Source of the DNA: an uncultured Victivallales bacterium
Lineage (GTDB): Bacteria; Verrucomicrobiota; Lentisphaeria; Victivallales; UBA1829
Direction of reading: 5' to 3'
Length of the DNA: 64,000 nt
NCBI GenBank assembly: GCA_944390735.1
Contig: CALXRL010000084.1
Location: 937-64,936 of the forward strand
Positions 48,910 to 58,794 of the stretch are shown here, piece by piece. The notes beneath the pieces were generated by a model. That model did no database searches. It was not told the DNA's origin and saw only the letters and a list, made by a program, of their open reading frames with translations. The position numbers were made by a program, and so were the translations under genes. Numbering within the stretch: position 1 is the first letter of the stretch; each line of letters begins with the position of its first letter.

Positions 48910-49584
48910 ATGTGGAAGGATTTCATCAACGGCATCTGGAAAGAGAATCCGGTTCTGGTTCTCATGCTCGGCATGTGCCCGACCCTTGCGACCACTTCAA
49001 ATGCGCCGAACGCGCTCGGAATGGGACTGGCCACAACCTTTGTGCTCGCTTGCAGCAATGTCGTCATCTCCGCGATCCGCAACCTTGTTCCGGCAAAGAT
49101 CCGCATCCCCTGCTATATTGTGGTGATTGCGACGTTTGTGACGATCGTCGATCTTCTGATGCAGGCGTATGCCCCCTCCTCCATCTATGATGCGCTGGGG
49201 ATCTTCATTCCGCTGATCGTGGTCAACTGCATTGTGCTCGGCCGCGCGGAAGCGTTCGCCTCGAAGCACGGCATCTTCCGCTCCCTGCTTGACGGACTCG
49301 GCATGGGATGCGGTTTCACGCTCGCTCTGGTGATGCTTGGACTCGCACGCGAGTTCTGCACGGGCGGAACGCTCTTCCAGATCAAGGTCATCACTCCCTG
49401 GACGACGGATTTCAATTTGATGAGCATGGCTCCCGGAGGATTCATCATGCTGGGACTCTTCCTGGCCGGTATGAACATCTACAACAAGCGAAAGGCCGAA
49501 AAAGAGGGCCGTACCTGCGATCCGCCGATGGATATGGATTGCAGACACTGCAACATCTGTACCATCGAACGCGAAAAGGAATAA
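48910..49584 (+). CDS. rnfE: Rnf complex subunit E
   Basis: ENPVLVLMLGMCPTLATTS motif. About 6 TM helices. Confidence 0.9.
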   Translation: MWKDFINGIWKENPVLVLMLGMCPTLATTSNAPNALGMGLATTFVLACSNVVISAIRNLVPAKIRIPCYIVVIATFVTIVDLLMQAYAPSSIYDALGIFIPLIVVNCIVLGRAEAFASKHGIFRSLLDGLGMGCGFTLALVMLGLAREFCTGGTLFQIKVITPWTTDFNLMSMAPGGFIMLGLFLAGMNIYNKRKAEKEGRTCDPPMDMDCRHCNICTIEREKE

Positions 49585-49594
49585 GCGGAAAGCG

Positions 49595-49632
49595 GGACCG
49601 GATCTCTCGAAAGGGTCCGGTCCTTTTTTTTC
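49595..49632 (+). terminator. Rho-independent terminator of the rnf operon
   Basis: GGACCGGA(49595-49602)/UCCGGUCC(49616-49623), followed by 8 U and C. Confidence 0.7.
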
Positions 49633-49869
49633 TTCCGGACAACTTCTCCCTTCGATCCCGCGGCCCGGATCCTCTTCCGGCTTTTCGATTCCGCGGGAAA
49701 GCTTCCGCCTCCTCTATCCGGAATCCGGTACGCGCGCAGATGCTCCTTTTTCCGTGACCGGAAACAAAAAGTTTGAAGGAATGAAAAGTTTTATAATGAA
49801 TCATGCTTGCGATTTCCCGTTTTGCAAGTATTGTATTTTATTCACGGAACTCAAAAAAAAGGGAATCAA

Positions 49870-51918
49870 ATGGCAGAGAACAAAGCACCGGCGCCCTTCG
49901 GGGCCACTCCGACGAAACAGCAGCTGGCGTGGCAGGACATCGCCATGTATGCGTTCATCCATTTTACCGTCAACACCTTCACCGGGCGTGAATGGGGCGA
50001 CGGCACCGAGCCGGAGGATGTCTTCAATCCCACGGAAATGGATTGCGAACAATGGTGCAGAATCATCAGCGGAGCCGGATTCAAAGGGGTTGTTCTGACG
50101 GCAAAGCATCACGACGGATTCTGTTTGTGGCCCAGCAAATATACGACCCACTCGGTCAAGTACTCCAAATGGCGCGACGGGAAGGGCGATGTGGTCGGCG
50201 ATCTGGCGAAAGCGGCAAAAAAGTATGGTCTCAAGCTCGGACTCTATCTTTCCCCCTGGGACCGGCATGAAAAGACCTACGGTTCCGGCGAGGCTTATAA
50301 TGAGTTCTACCGCAATCAGCTCCGCGAACTTCTGACCACCTACGGCGGCAAAAACGGCGAGGACATTTTCATCACCTGGTTCGATGGCGCCTGCGGAGAA
50401 GGTCCTAACGGCAAAGTCCAGGTCTATGATTACGACAAAGCCGCCGCGATCATCCGGGAATGCGCTCCGAACGCCGTTATTTTCGGTCACATGGGCGATC
50501 ACCGCGACATCCGCTGGTGCGGAAACGAGCGCGGGTATGCCGGTTCCCCCAACTGGGCGACTCTGAACGAATACCGGGACGCCGGCGGAGACAACGGGCT
50601 TCAGCACGGCCATGTCAACGGCAGGCACTGGTGGCCCTCCGAAGTGGACGTTTCCATCCGTCCGGGCTGGTTCTATCACAAGGAACAGGATTCCCAGGTG
50701 CACTCCCTGGAACATCTGCTGGACATCTGGTATCATTCGGTCGGGCGCGGTTCCTGTCTGAACCTCAACTTCCCCCCGGATCGGCGCGGATTGATTCCCG
50801 AGATCGACGCGGAACGGATCCATGAATTCAAAATCGTGCTTGACAAAATCTTCCGCACGAACTTTGCCGCCGGCGCGCGGGTCATCGCCTCCAACGAGCG
50901 CGGAGACGATTTCTCCGGCAGCAGAATGACCGACGGCTCCTCCGACACCTTCTGGGCGCCCGAGGATGGCGTCACCGAATGCGAAGCGGTCGTGGAACTC
51001 GGCGGAATCCGCCGTCTCAACGTGGTTGCGCTGAAGGAATACACTCCGCTCGGGGAACGGGTCGCGGAATTCACCATGGAATACAGAACTGCCTGCGGCC
51101 AGTGGAGAAAGCTGATCGACGACACCACCATTTCGTTCCGTAAAATTCTCCGCACGGAAACCGTGGAAACCGATGCGCTGAAACTCAAAATCACCAAGGC
51201 TCTTGCCTGTCCCTGCATTCAGGAGTTTTCGGCGTATTATCAGCCGCCCCTGACCTTTGCTCCGTCGATCACCCGCGACGAGGACGGCATTCTTACCTTG
51301 ACGGCGCCCAATGACGGCGTTCGCATCCATTACACGCTCGACGGCACCGTTCCGACGGCCGATTCGCCGGAATACACCGGACCCTTCCAGGTGCGCGAAG
51401 CTGGAATTGTCCGTGCCGTTTCCATGCTCAAGACCGGCGTTGAAAACGCCTATCCGGAAATCAGGAGCAATCCCGAGGCCACTCTCCGCTTCGGAACGGC
51501 TCTCAAAGGATGGAACGTCATCGCCGCCGACAGCGAATTCGATGACAACAACAAAAAAGAACATGTCATCACATCCGACAATCACATCTGGCTGACTGCG
51601 AAAGGTGTTCCCTATCCCCACTGGATCTCCGTCGACACCGGTCGCAAACAGACCATTCACGGCTTCCTTTTCACGCCGCCGAAGGCGACCGAGTGCGGCA
51701 TGGGCCCTGTCTACTGCTATCGCTTCCTTGTCGGCGATTCACCGGATGCCATCGACACCGTCGTCGCGGAGGGCACTTTCGACAACATCCTCAACAATCC
51801 GGTGATGCAGATTGTGAATCTGGACTCTCCTGTCGAAGCCCGGTACTTCCGTTTTGAAGCGCTGGAATCGGCAAACGGAGCCTGCTACGCCAATGTGAAA
51901 CGGATCGAACTCTTCTGA
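49870..51918 (+). CDS. GH29 alpha-L-fucosidase with C-terminal F5/8 type C (discoidin) domain(s), no signal peptide
   Basis: Start ATG 49870. FIHFTVNTFTGREWGDG, TAKHHDGFCLWPS, ITWFDGACGEG. C-terminal ARYFRFEALES-type discoidin module. Confidence 0.85.
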   Translation: MAENKAPAPFGATPTKQQLAWQDIAMYAFIHFTVNTFTGREWGDGTEPEDVFNPTEMDCEQWCRIISGAGFKGVVLTAKHHDGFCLWPSKYTTHSVKYSKWRDGKGDVVGDLAKAAKKYGLKLGLYLSPWDRHEKTYGSGEAYNEFYRNQLRELLTTYGGKNGEDIFITWFDGACGEGPNGKVQVYDYDKAAAIIRECAPNAVIFGHMGDHRDIRWCGNERGYAGSPNWATLNEYRDAGGDNGLQHGHVNGRHWWPSEVDVSIRPGWFYHKEQDSQVHSLEHLLDIWYHSVGRGSCLNLNFPPDRRGLIPEIDAERIHEFKIVLDKIFRTNFAAGARVIASNERGDDFSGSRMTDGSSDTFWAPEDGVTECEAVVELGGIRRLNVVALKEYTPLGERVAEFTMEYRTACGQWRKLIDDTTISFRKILRTETVETDALKLKITKALACPCIQEFSAYYQPPLTFAPSITRDEDGILTLTAPNDGVRIHYTLDGTVPTADSPEYTGPFQVREAGIVRAVSMLKTGVENAYPEIRSNPEATLRFGTALKGWNVIAADSEFDDNNKKEHVITSDNHIWLTAKGVPYPHWISVDTGRKQTIHGFLFTPPKATECGMGPVYCYRFLVGDSPDAIDTVVAEGTFDNILNNPVMQIVNLDSPVEARYFRFEALESANGACYANVKRIELF

Positions 51919-51953
51919 CGCCTCCTTCCAGAGATCTGGAATGGGATTCGTTG

Positions 51954-51994
51954 CGTTCCCTGCGGAAAATTCAGCCGCGGGGAACGTTTTTTTT
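51954..51994 (+). terminator. Rho-independent terminator after the GH29/F5-8 gene
   Basis: 12-bp stem CGUUCCCUGCGG(51954-51965)/CCGCGGGGAACG(51975-51986) with one G-U pair, then 8 U (51987-51994). Confidence 0.75.
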
Positions 51995-52149
51995 GCGGTT
52001 TCCGGACGTGGCCCGGAACGTCCCTGCCGCTCTCTTCCCGCTCCGGAGGAAATCGGAAAACGGAAAAAGAACAAACACTTTCAGATCACTTTCCCGGGAG
52101 GAAAAGGCCCTCTTTTACACTCGAAAAAAAGATTTTTGGGAAAAAAGGA

Positions 52150-52178
52150 TTGCCTTTTTCCCCGAAAGATTCTATAAT
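52150..52178 (+). promoter_or_regulatory. Candidate sigma70-type promoter of the GntR-pseudopilin-giant protein operon
   Basis: TTGCCT(52150-52155), 17 nt, TATAAT(52173-52178), 27 nt upstream of ATG 52205 (GGAGAGG at 52191-52197). Confidence 0.4.
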
Positions 52179-52204
52179 GGAAGCAAACACCGGAGAGGTC
52201 AGGA

Positions 52205-53329
52205 ATGAAAAGCGCAAAACGAAAAGTCCCTTATCTGGAAATAGCGGAGGAGCTCCGGGAAAGGATCCGGAAGGAAAATCTGGCATTCGGAACACCGTTG
52301 ATGTCCTGCCGGGAGCTTGCGCGTTATTACAAGGTCTCCCTGAGCACGGCGCACAAGGCGCTGCTGCATCTGACGGAGGAAGGGGTTCTGTACCGTCGTC
52401 ATGGAAGCGGAACCTATGTGGGACGGGAGGAGGTGCCGCGGGAAAGACCGATGGTGATCGGCTGCAATTTCCGCCGCAGACCCAATGAACGGATGGAAAA
52501 ACTTCTCTTTGAACCGGAAATTCACGCCATGGAGTATCTGCGGACGCAGAACTGCACTCTCCGGATGGTGCCTCCGGAGACCTTTACAGTCGGAGATCCC
52601 GCAGGAGATTCCCTGCTCGGACTGGACGGACTTCTGATTTCCACCACGCTCTCCACGTTGAATGCGTCCTATCTGCTTGACACCCTGAAAATTCCGACCG
52701 TGCTTTTCCAGGGGGAATGCGAATACAATCTGCCGTTCCATCAGGTTCTGCCCGATCAGATGACCGGACTGCGGACCATGTTCCGGACGGCCAAAGCCTG
52801 GAATTTCGATGGAGTGCTCATTGTTCATCACAATCATGAAAACGCCTGTTTTCGGAAAAACATCTGCATCGCGGCGGCGGAAGAGGCCGGATACCGCAAT
52901 ATCGAAACCATTCCGGCCGCGGAATACGAAAATGTCTACAAACTGGGACTCAGACTTGTCCGGAAATGCAGGAACAAACTCATTTTCACCGCCAGTGATC
53001 TGATCACATTCGATCTGATCCGGGCATTCAGCGACATGGGACTCCAGCCGAGCCGGGACTATCATGTCGTCGGCTTCGACAACATCGAAGGCATCAACAT
53101 CCGTCCCTGTCCCGTTCCGATGGCCACCGCGATTTACTACAACCGCGAAAAAGCCGCCATCATCGCCGCAAAGCTCCTGCTTTCCGAAATTCGGAATCCC
53201 TCCGGATACACGCACATCATGAAAATCCCCACGGAGTTCATTCTCCGCGAAAGCGGACTCAACTGGAAATACGGAGCGTTCGAGGAACCCCCTTCCCAGA
53301 ACCATTCAGAAAAAGGAATCCGGCCATGA
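52205..53329 (+). CDS. GntR-family HTH regulator fused to a LacI-type (periplasmic-binding-protein-like) sugar-binding domain
   Basis: Winged helix LMSCRELARYYKVSLSTAHKALLHLTEEGVLYRRHGSGTYV, then a ~290-aa PBP-like domain. Confidence 0.8.
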   Translation: MKSAKRKVPYLEIAEELRERIRKENLAFGTPLMSCRELARYYKVSLSTAHKALLHLTEEGVLYRRHGSGTYVGREEVPRERPMVIGCNFRRRPNERMEKLLFEPEIHAMEYLRTQNCTLRMVPPETFTVGDPAGDSLLGLDGLLISTTLSTLNASYLLDTLKIPTVLFQGECEYNLPFHQVLPDQMTGLRTMFRTAKAWNFDGVLIVHHNHENACFRKNICIAAAEEAGYRNIETIPAAEYENVYKLGLRLVRKCRNKLIFTASDLITFDLIRAFSDMGLQPSRDYHVVGFDNIEGINIRPCPVPMATAIYYNREKAAIIAAKLLLSEIRNPSGYTHIMKIPTEFILRESGLNWKYGAFEEPPSQNHSEKGIRP

Positions 53330-54132
53330 AAAAAACAGTTCTACGAAAAAAAGAGAAACGAATCCTCTCCGATCAGAATCCGCCGCATCTCCTCTCTCCT
53401 TCCGTTTCGAGGAATTTTACTCTGATAGAACTCCTCATCGTTGTTGCGATCATCGCGATCCTTGCCGGACTGCTTCTTCCTGCGCTGAACTCCGCAAGAG
53501 ACAAGGCCATGGCAGTGAAATGTCTTTCGAATCTCAAACAGCAGGGCGCCGGATTTCTCCAGTACGCCATGGACAACAAAGAACGCGTTCCCTGTTCCGC
53601 AACTCCGGGATCAAACGGGGTTCATTACGCATGGAGACTCGCCATTGCGCCGTATGTCGGAACAAAAGCGGAAAAGAAATATGTCTATGAAAATAAACCG
53701 GAAGCACGGAACAGTATTTTTTTCTGCCGGAAATCCAACCGGATCGTGAATATCGCGGGATTGACCAATTCTCCGGAAGCCAGTTACGGGCTCGCCTACG
53801 CTTACAGCTTCCATATCGGATGGTATTCCACCAACGCGAAAGGATGCAAATTCCTGACCGATATTCAGGGAAAAACTCCCGCGGAAACCATTCTGACCGC
53901 CGATCTTTCCGATCTCAGCGTCGGACAGGGAAACATCCCTGTCTGCTGGAGTCCGGATGCTTCCGATCCGAATGCGGTCGGCAACCGCCATTCCCTGGGA
54001 ATCAATCTCAACTGGGCCGACGGACACGCCTCATGGATGAGCAATGCCGCTCTCAACGCCGGGAAAAACGGCGACATCCGTTATTTCTGGCGCATCCGGC
54101 CGGACAGTTTTTCTGCTGTCGAACGCGAATAA
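53326..54132 (+). CDS. Prepilin-type N-terminal domain protein, H-X9-DG family, with a 30-aa leader
   Basis: [28 protein letters not shown]-terminal RHSLGINLNWADGH (H-X9-DG). ATG overlaps the GntR stop (ATGA). Confidence 0.85.
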   Translation: MKKTVLRKKEKRILSDQNPPHLLSPSVSRNFTLIELLIVVAIIAILAGLLLPALNSARDKAMAVKCLSNLKQQGAGFLQYAMDNKERVPCSATPGSNGVHYAWRLAIAPYVGTKAEKKYVYENKPEARNSIFFCRKSNRIVNIAGLTNSPEASYGLAYAYSFHIGWYSTNAKGCKFLTDIQGKTPAETILTADLSDLSVGQGNIPVCWSPDASDPNAVGNRHSLGINLNWADGHASWMSNAALNAGKNGDIRYFWRIRPDSFSAVERE

Positions 54133-54168
54133 TTTATGATACCATGTAACAACAAGATTGGACTTCCT

Positions 54169-57100
54169 ATGAAAAAATCTCTTCTCTCTCTGGTGCTTCT
54201 CGCAGGACTCCTGCTCTCCGGAGCCGAAAAACAGTTCGAACTGAACGGCGAACACGGACTGCAGGCCCTCATCGGCGGAACGTTGAAATCTCCGGTGAAA
54301 GCGGAGAATGTCAAACTCGTACCGGGTATGGAAAACGGGAAAGCGGTCTTCATCCCGTCGGACGGATCGCTGGTCTTTTCCCTGGACGGAATCGGAAAGC
54401 AGCCGGAGGAAGGCACCGTCGTTTTCTGGCTGAAGCTCGACACCCCCATGGAGGCGGTTCTGAACTATTTCGATCGCGACCGCCTTCCCGACGGTTCCAT
54501 CGGGAACATCGGCGACGCCTATCGGGATCTTCTTTTCTCCGGAGCTCCGTTCGTTCCCGTCCGCATTTCCAGAAGCCATGTCTATGCGCAGGGAATCGGC
54601 GGAAATGCCGCATATTACAAGCGGATGTTTCCCGGGAAATGGCACTTCTTCGCCTTCACCTGGAACGGAAAAACAAAAAAGACCGCTTCTCTTATCGACT
54701 TCAACTATTCGGAACGGGAAAACAGAAATCTCAAATTGGCACCGTTCGGCAAAGAGCTTGCCTTCGGTTCCGCGAACCGCAAACAGGGATTGAACGGAAG
54801 CATCGACAACTTCATCATCTATGACAAGGCCCTTTCCCGGGAGGAGCTGCTTGACCTTTATGCAAAGCACCGTCCGCTGGACGCCGAACTCCATGACTAT
54901 GCGCTGAATACGGAGAAAAACAATCTTATCCGGCTGCGCTTCCGGAATTTTTCCAAACAGAAAATGGAGAAAAACATCCGCTTTGAAATTCTCGGGCCCG
55001 ACGGCACGAAAAAAGCGGATAACTCGTTCCGCGTCACCGCCGGACCGGGCGGGTTCGCGGATGTCAGGACCTCCTTCCGACCGGAAAAGGCCGGACTGCA
55101 TCAGCTTGTTCTTGATACCGGACGGGTCTTTGAACTTCTCGCATTGGACAAGCGTTCCATCCGCAGCAGGATGAAAGCCGGAGAACTGCGTCTCACTCTG
55201 CTGGAGGAGATGGACCTTACCCGAAAACTTCCGAAAGAAAAATTTCTCTCCGACGGGACCGACAAAGTCGTTTCCTCTCCCGCGGGACGGTATCGCGAAA
55301 GTTCCAACGCGGACCGCTCCGCCTTCACCTGCCGTCTGAACAAGCTTCGTCATCCGAACCGGTACCACATTCTGGAAATCGAATATCCCGATGATGCCAA
55401 GCGCGCCTTTTCCGTCACTCTTTTTGCCGAACGGTTCGGAATCACCATGAGCGGTCAGATGAACGGGACGGCCATCTTCACCGGCGGCGAACATCCTGTT
55501 ACGGGGACCATGCAGAAACGCCGGCTGCTCTGGCTGCCCTGTTCGGAAAATGTGGCTCTGATCTGTGAAAACTACAAGCAGAGAGTCTCCGAAAAAGGCG
55601 GGGCGGTCGCCCGGATCCGCGTCTACGAAACACAGGACGATCTTCTGCCGAAACAGTACGAAAGTTCCGGAGACCGCGCCCTCGGCGTCTGGGACGAGGA
55701 CATCGCCATGGACGGCATGTGGTTCAACATGAACAATCTGGAAACGAGCATCACGCTGGAATTCTGGCGCGAAAAGGCTGAACGGATGGCCGAATACGCA
55801 CATCACATGGGCTACACCAACTGGACCTTTCAGTTCTATGACTATCTCGGCGACCGCAACGGTTCCTTCCTATCCATGCCTCAGGGAAACGTGCCGGGAA
55901 CCAACGGACACGTTTTCGGCTGGTGCGATGTCTTTGCGAAAGTCTTTGAACGCGAAAACATCCGGTTCTTCGGACGCCTCGGATTCGGATTCAACGGAAA
56001 AGCCCCGATGGCGGGATTCATCGGAGAACAGAATCTGGCAAAGGATTTCAACGATTACTGTGCCAGAGGCGAACAGGCCGTGGAACGCGCCTCCCGCTAC
56101 AACTCCTTCGGAAGCGGCAATACGACGGCGACTCTGAATCCGCTTCATCCCCTCTTTCTCCGGAATGCGAAACGCTTTGCCGCATTCTATCGGGACAAAT
56201 ATCAGTCGAATCCCATGTTTCAGGGCATCACCTTCCGGGAAAGCAACATTATTTTCTCTCTGGTCGGTCTTGATTACGGATACGAAGACTCCACCATTGC
56301 GCAGTTCGAAAAGGAGACCGGAATCCAGGTTCCTGTCAGCCGCACATCCAAAACCCGCTTCGCCGAACGGTTCCGGTTCCTGACCGCGCCGGAACGGAGG
56401 GACGCATGGATCCGATGGCGGTGCAAAGCCTTTGCGGAGGTCTGCCAAGCGACGGTCGAAGAGCTGCGGAAAGGCAACAGCCGGCTCCGTCTCCAGCTCT
56501 GGGTCAACTGCGAAACCAGTATGGCGGATTCCGTGAAGGAGAGTTTTTCCGTCCGGAACGCCCTGCTGGAAAGCGGATACGACCTGAAGATGCTCTCGCA
56601 AATCGACGGACTGGAGATCGTTCCGATCATCCGTCCCGATTTCGAACACATCCGTCCCGACAAAACCCGGCAGGAAAGTTATGTCCTCTATTCCCGGGAA
56701 TTCGCCGACGCATTTGCTCCACGGAAATTCCGGAACATCAACATGCACCTCCACAACAATCTGGAACAGTACCGCTTCACGGATACAAAACTCAAGGAGT
56801 TCTTCTGGAAAATGGGACAGTGGAGCTGGAGCCGGAAGAATTTCCACTACGGCACCTGGGCCAACGGATATCCGAACGCGCAGTTCGCTCTTCTGCCTCT
56901 GACCAATCTGCTGGCGAATATGGATCTTCAGGGAATTGATCTGGGCTGGTGGGGAAATCCGGACAGCGGAGTCACCGATCTTCTGCGTCCGTTCTACCGC
57001 GCGTTCCGGAGCATTCCGCCCGGAAAATACCGGAATGCCGCCCGGAAGGAGGATCCGGTCGCCCTCCGAGTCTGCGGGAAAAACTTCTATCTTGTCAACC

Positions 57101-58794
57101 GGGAAAGTTTTCCAGTCCGCGTCTCCTTCCGTCTCAACAGCGACGCCATGACCGATCTGGTCACACGGGAAACGCGGAAAGGGAAGAACCGGAAATTTGA
57201 ACTCACCGTCCCCGGGCAGGGTCTGCTGGTTTTTGCATCGGACGGGGCGGCCGATGCACGGATCACGGAGATTCTTCAGCAGGTTCGCGATTCCGATCTG
57301 AAACTGCTCCGGGATCAGCTTCTCAATCTGGATGACGCCGTCAAGATTTCCCATTCGGCTCAACTCCTCCGGCATCGGCAGATCCTTCATGACCGGATGG
57401 AGAAAAAACAGTACACCGAAGCGCGCCGCTATCTTTACCGGAAAGAGGTTCAGAACGCGTTGAAATCGCTGGGAATCTGTCAGGTGAAAGGGAAACTGCT
57501 GCCTCTGGAAAACCGCTTTCTGGTGGAGATTCAGTCGCTCCGGCGGGAGCCGTTGAACGCGGTCGTGAACATCTCCCGGACGACCGGCTGCTGGAATGTC
57601 GATCCCCGGAAAAAACAGCGTGTCGCGAACCTGAAAACAGGAGAAAAGACCACGCTGAAATTCGATCTGGAGACGCCGCTTCGCAAAGACGGCTGGGGCG
57701 GGGAATTCGAAGTCTCCGTTTCCGTGGATGGCGCCAAACCGATGAAATACCGCTTCCTTGCGGGCGGACCGTTCGCCTACCGCACCGGACAGCGGAAAAT
57801 CGGATCCGACTGGAGTTTCTCCCGGTACAAAATGACCTCTCACAGAGTCAGCAGGAAGAATCTGCCCTCCTACACCTATCGCCTCGGTTATGCCTGGAAC
57901 GAAACCGGACTCTTCCTTGCCGTCGATGTGGAGGACCGGGATTTCCTGCCCCCGAAGACCGGGGAAGCCTCCTTCAAACGGGACTCCGTCCAGCTTTTTC
58001 TTGACACCCGCAATACGGCAGAATTTTCGGACGCCCAGTATGACGGCGGCGTTTTTGAGGTCGTCCTCTCCCAGCGGGAAGGGAAAGCGGAAATTCATCA
58101 CAGCGCCGTTCCCGAGCATGGAGTCCCGGCGGAACGGTCCGGAACCGGACTCGCCGTCAAACACGAAAAAGGCAGAACTCTGTACGAGTGTTTCATTCCG
58201 GCGCGGGAGCTGCCCGGTGTGGAATTCCGGAACGGAAGCGTCATCGGCGCCTGTCTGATGGTGAACAACATTCTGAAAGCGGGGAGCGAAGGAGCGGAAG
58301 TGCTTGTCACCTCTCCCGACATTTTCCCGTGGCAGCGTCCCGGCACCTGGGAGGATCTCCTTCTTCTGGAGGAGCCGCGTCCCGGAGAGGAGGCGCTTCC
58401 GCCCGTTCCGGGATTCAAGCCGGTCCATCGGGCCGCGATCCGGAAAACGAAGATCGACGGGAAGGAGTGCATCCTCATGAACGGGGAGGGGAACCGGCGG
58501 CGCAGCGGATGGATTGTCACCGATCCGCGTCCGGTGCCGCGTCCGGGAACGGTCACGCTCTCCTTCACCGCCCGGAGCGGAGGGGGAAACCGCGATCTCT
58601 GGATCCTCATCCGCGGAACCGACTGGAAAGGCGGGAAAAGCAGAACCTTCCGTCTCTCGCCCGAATGGAAATCGTATGAGTTCCAGGTTCCCGGTTCCGC
58701 GTTTGCGCCGGAGACAAAAACCTTTACCGTCGATTTCTCCATGAATCCCGGCGAGTATCAGTTCTCCGACATCCGGATTGACTCAAAACCATGA
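54169..58794 (+). CDS. Giant secreted multidomain protein (LamG-like, large unassigned core, CBM9-like, CBM-like C-terminus)
   Basis: Start at ATG 54169 (signal peptide MKKSLLSLVLLAGLLLSGA). LamG_3-type motif NGSIDNFIIYDKALSREEL. CBM9/DOMON-like LFLAVDVEDRDF...DSVQLFLDTRN. Normal amino-acid composition throughout. Confidence 0.8.
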   Translation: MKKSLLSLVLLAGLLLSGAEKQFELNGEHGLQALIGGTLKSPVKAENVKLVPGMENGKAVFIPSDGSLVFSLDGIGKQPEEGTVVFWLKLDTPMEAVLNYFDRDRLPDGSIGNIGDAYRDLLFSGAPFVPVRISRSHVYAQGIGGNAAYYKRMFPGKWHFFAFTWNGKTKKTASLIDFNYSERENRNLKLAPFGKELAFGSANRKQGLNGSIDNFIIYDKALSREELLDLYAKHRPLDAELHDYALNTEKNNLIRLRFRNFSKQKMEKNIRFEILGPDGTKKADNSFRVTAGPGGFADVRTSFRPEKAGLHQLVLDTGRVFELLALDKRSIRSRMKAGELRLTLLEEMDLTRKLPKEKFLSDGTDKVVSSPAGRYRESSNADRSAFTCRLNKLRHPNRYHILEIEYPDDAKRAFSVTLFAERFGITMSGQMNGTAIFTGGEHPVTGTMQKRRLLWLPCSENVALICENYKQRVSEKGGAVARIRVYETQDDLLPKQYESSGDRALGVWDEDIAMDGMWFNMNNLETSITLEFWREKAERMAEYAHHMGYTNWTFQFYDYLGDRNGSFLSMPQGNVPGTNGHVFGWCDVFAKVFERENIRFFGRLGFGFNGKAPMAGFIGEQNLAKDFNDYCARGEQAVERASRYNSFGSGNTTATLNPLHPLFLRNAKRFAAFYRDKYQSNPMFQGITFRESNIIFSLVGLDYGYEDSTIAQFEKETGIQVPVSRTSKTRFAERFRFLTAPERRDAWIRWRCKAFAEVCQATVEELRKGNSRLRLQLWVNCETSMADSVKESFSVRNALLESGYDLKMLSQIDGLEIVPIIRPDFEHIRPDKTRQESYVLYSREFADAFAPRKFRNINMHLHNNLEQYRFTDTKLKEFFWKMGQWSWSRKNFHYGTWANGYPNAQFALLPLTNLLANMDLQGIDLGWWGNPDSGVTDLLRPFYRAFRSIPPGKYRNAARKEDPVALRVCGKNFYLVNRESFPVRVSFRLNSDAMTDLVTRETRKGKNRKFELTVPGQGLLVFASDGAADARITEILQQVRDSDLKLLRDQLLNLDDAVKISHSAQLLRHRQILHDRMEKKQYTEARRYLYRKEVQNALKSLGICQVKGKLLPLENRFLVEIQSLRREPLNAVVNISRTTGCWNVDPRKKQRVANLKTGEKTTLKFDLETPLRKDGWGGEFEVSVSVDGAKPMKYRFLAGGPFAYRTGQRKIGSDWSFSRYKMTSHRVSRKNLPSYTYRLGYAWNETGLFLAVDVEDRDFLPPKTGEASFKRDSVQLFLDTRNTAEFSDAQYDGGVFEVVLSQREGKAEIHHSAVPEHGVPAERSGTGLAVKHEKGRTLYECFIPARELPGVEFRNGSVIGACLMVNNILKAGSEGAEVLVTSPDIFPWQRPGTWEDLLLLEEPRPGEEALPPVPGFKPVHRAAIRKTKIDGKECILMNGEGNRRRSGWIVTDPRPVPRPGTVTLSFTARSGGGNRDLWILIRGTDWKGGKSRTFRLSPEWKSYEFQVPGSAFAPETKTFTVDFSMNPGEYQFSDIRIDSKP

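Noticed and set aside
55870-58428. 852-codon minus-strand ORF opposite the giant secreted protein. Similar cases: 54031-55806, 49801-51660, 21578-23242, 27495-30191(+), 60934-62616, 39817-41139(+), 38249-39667(+), 35613-36986, 34242-35498(+).
   Set aside because: All lie antisense to ORFs with signal peptides and/or family motifs and have skewed R/G/P/H composition. They are treated as shadow ORFs.
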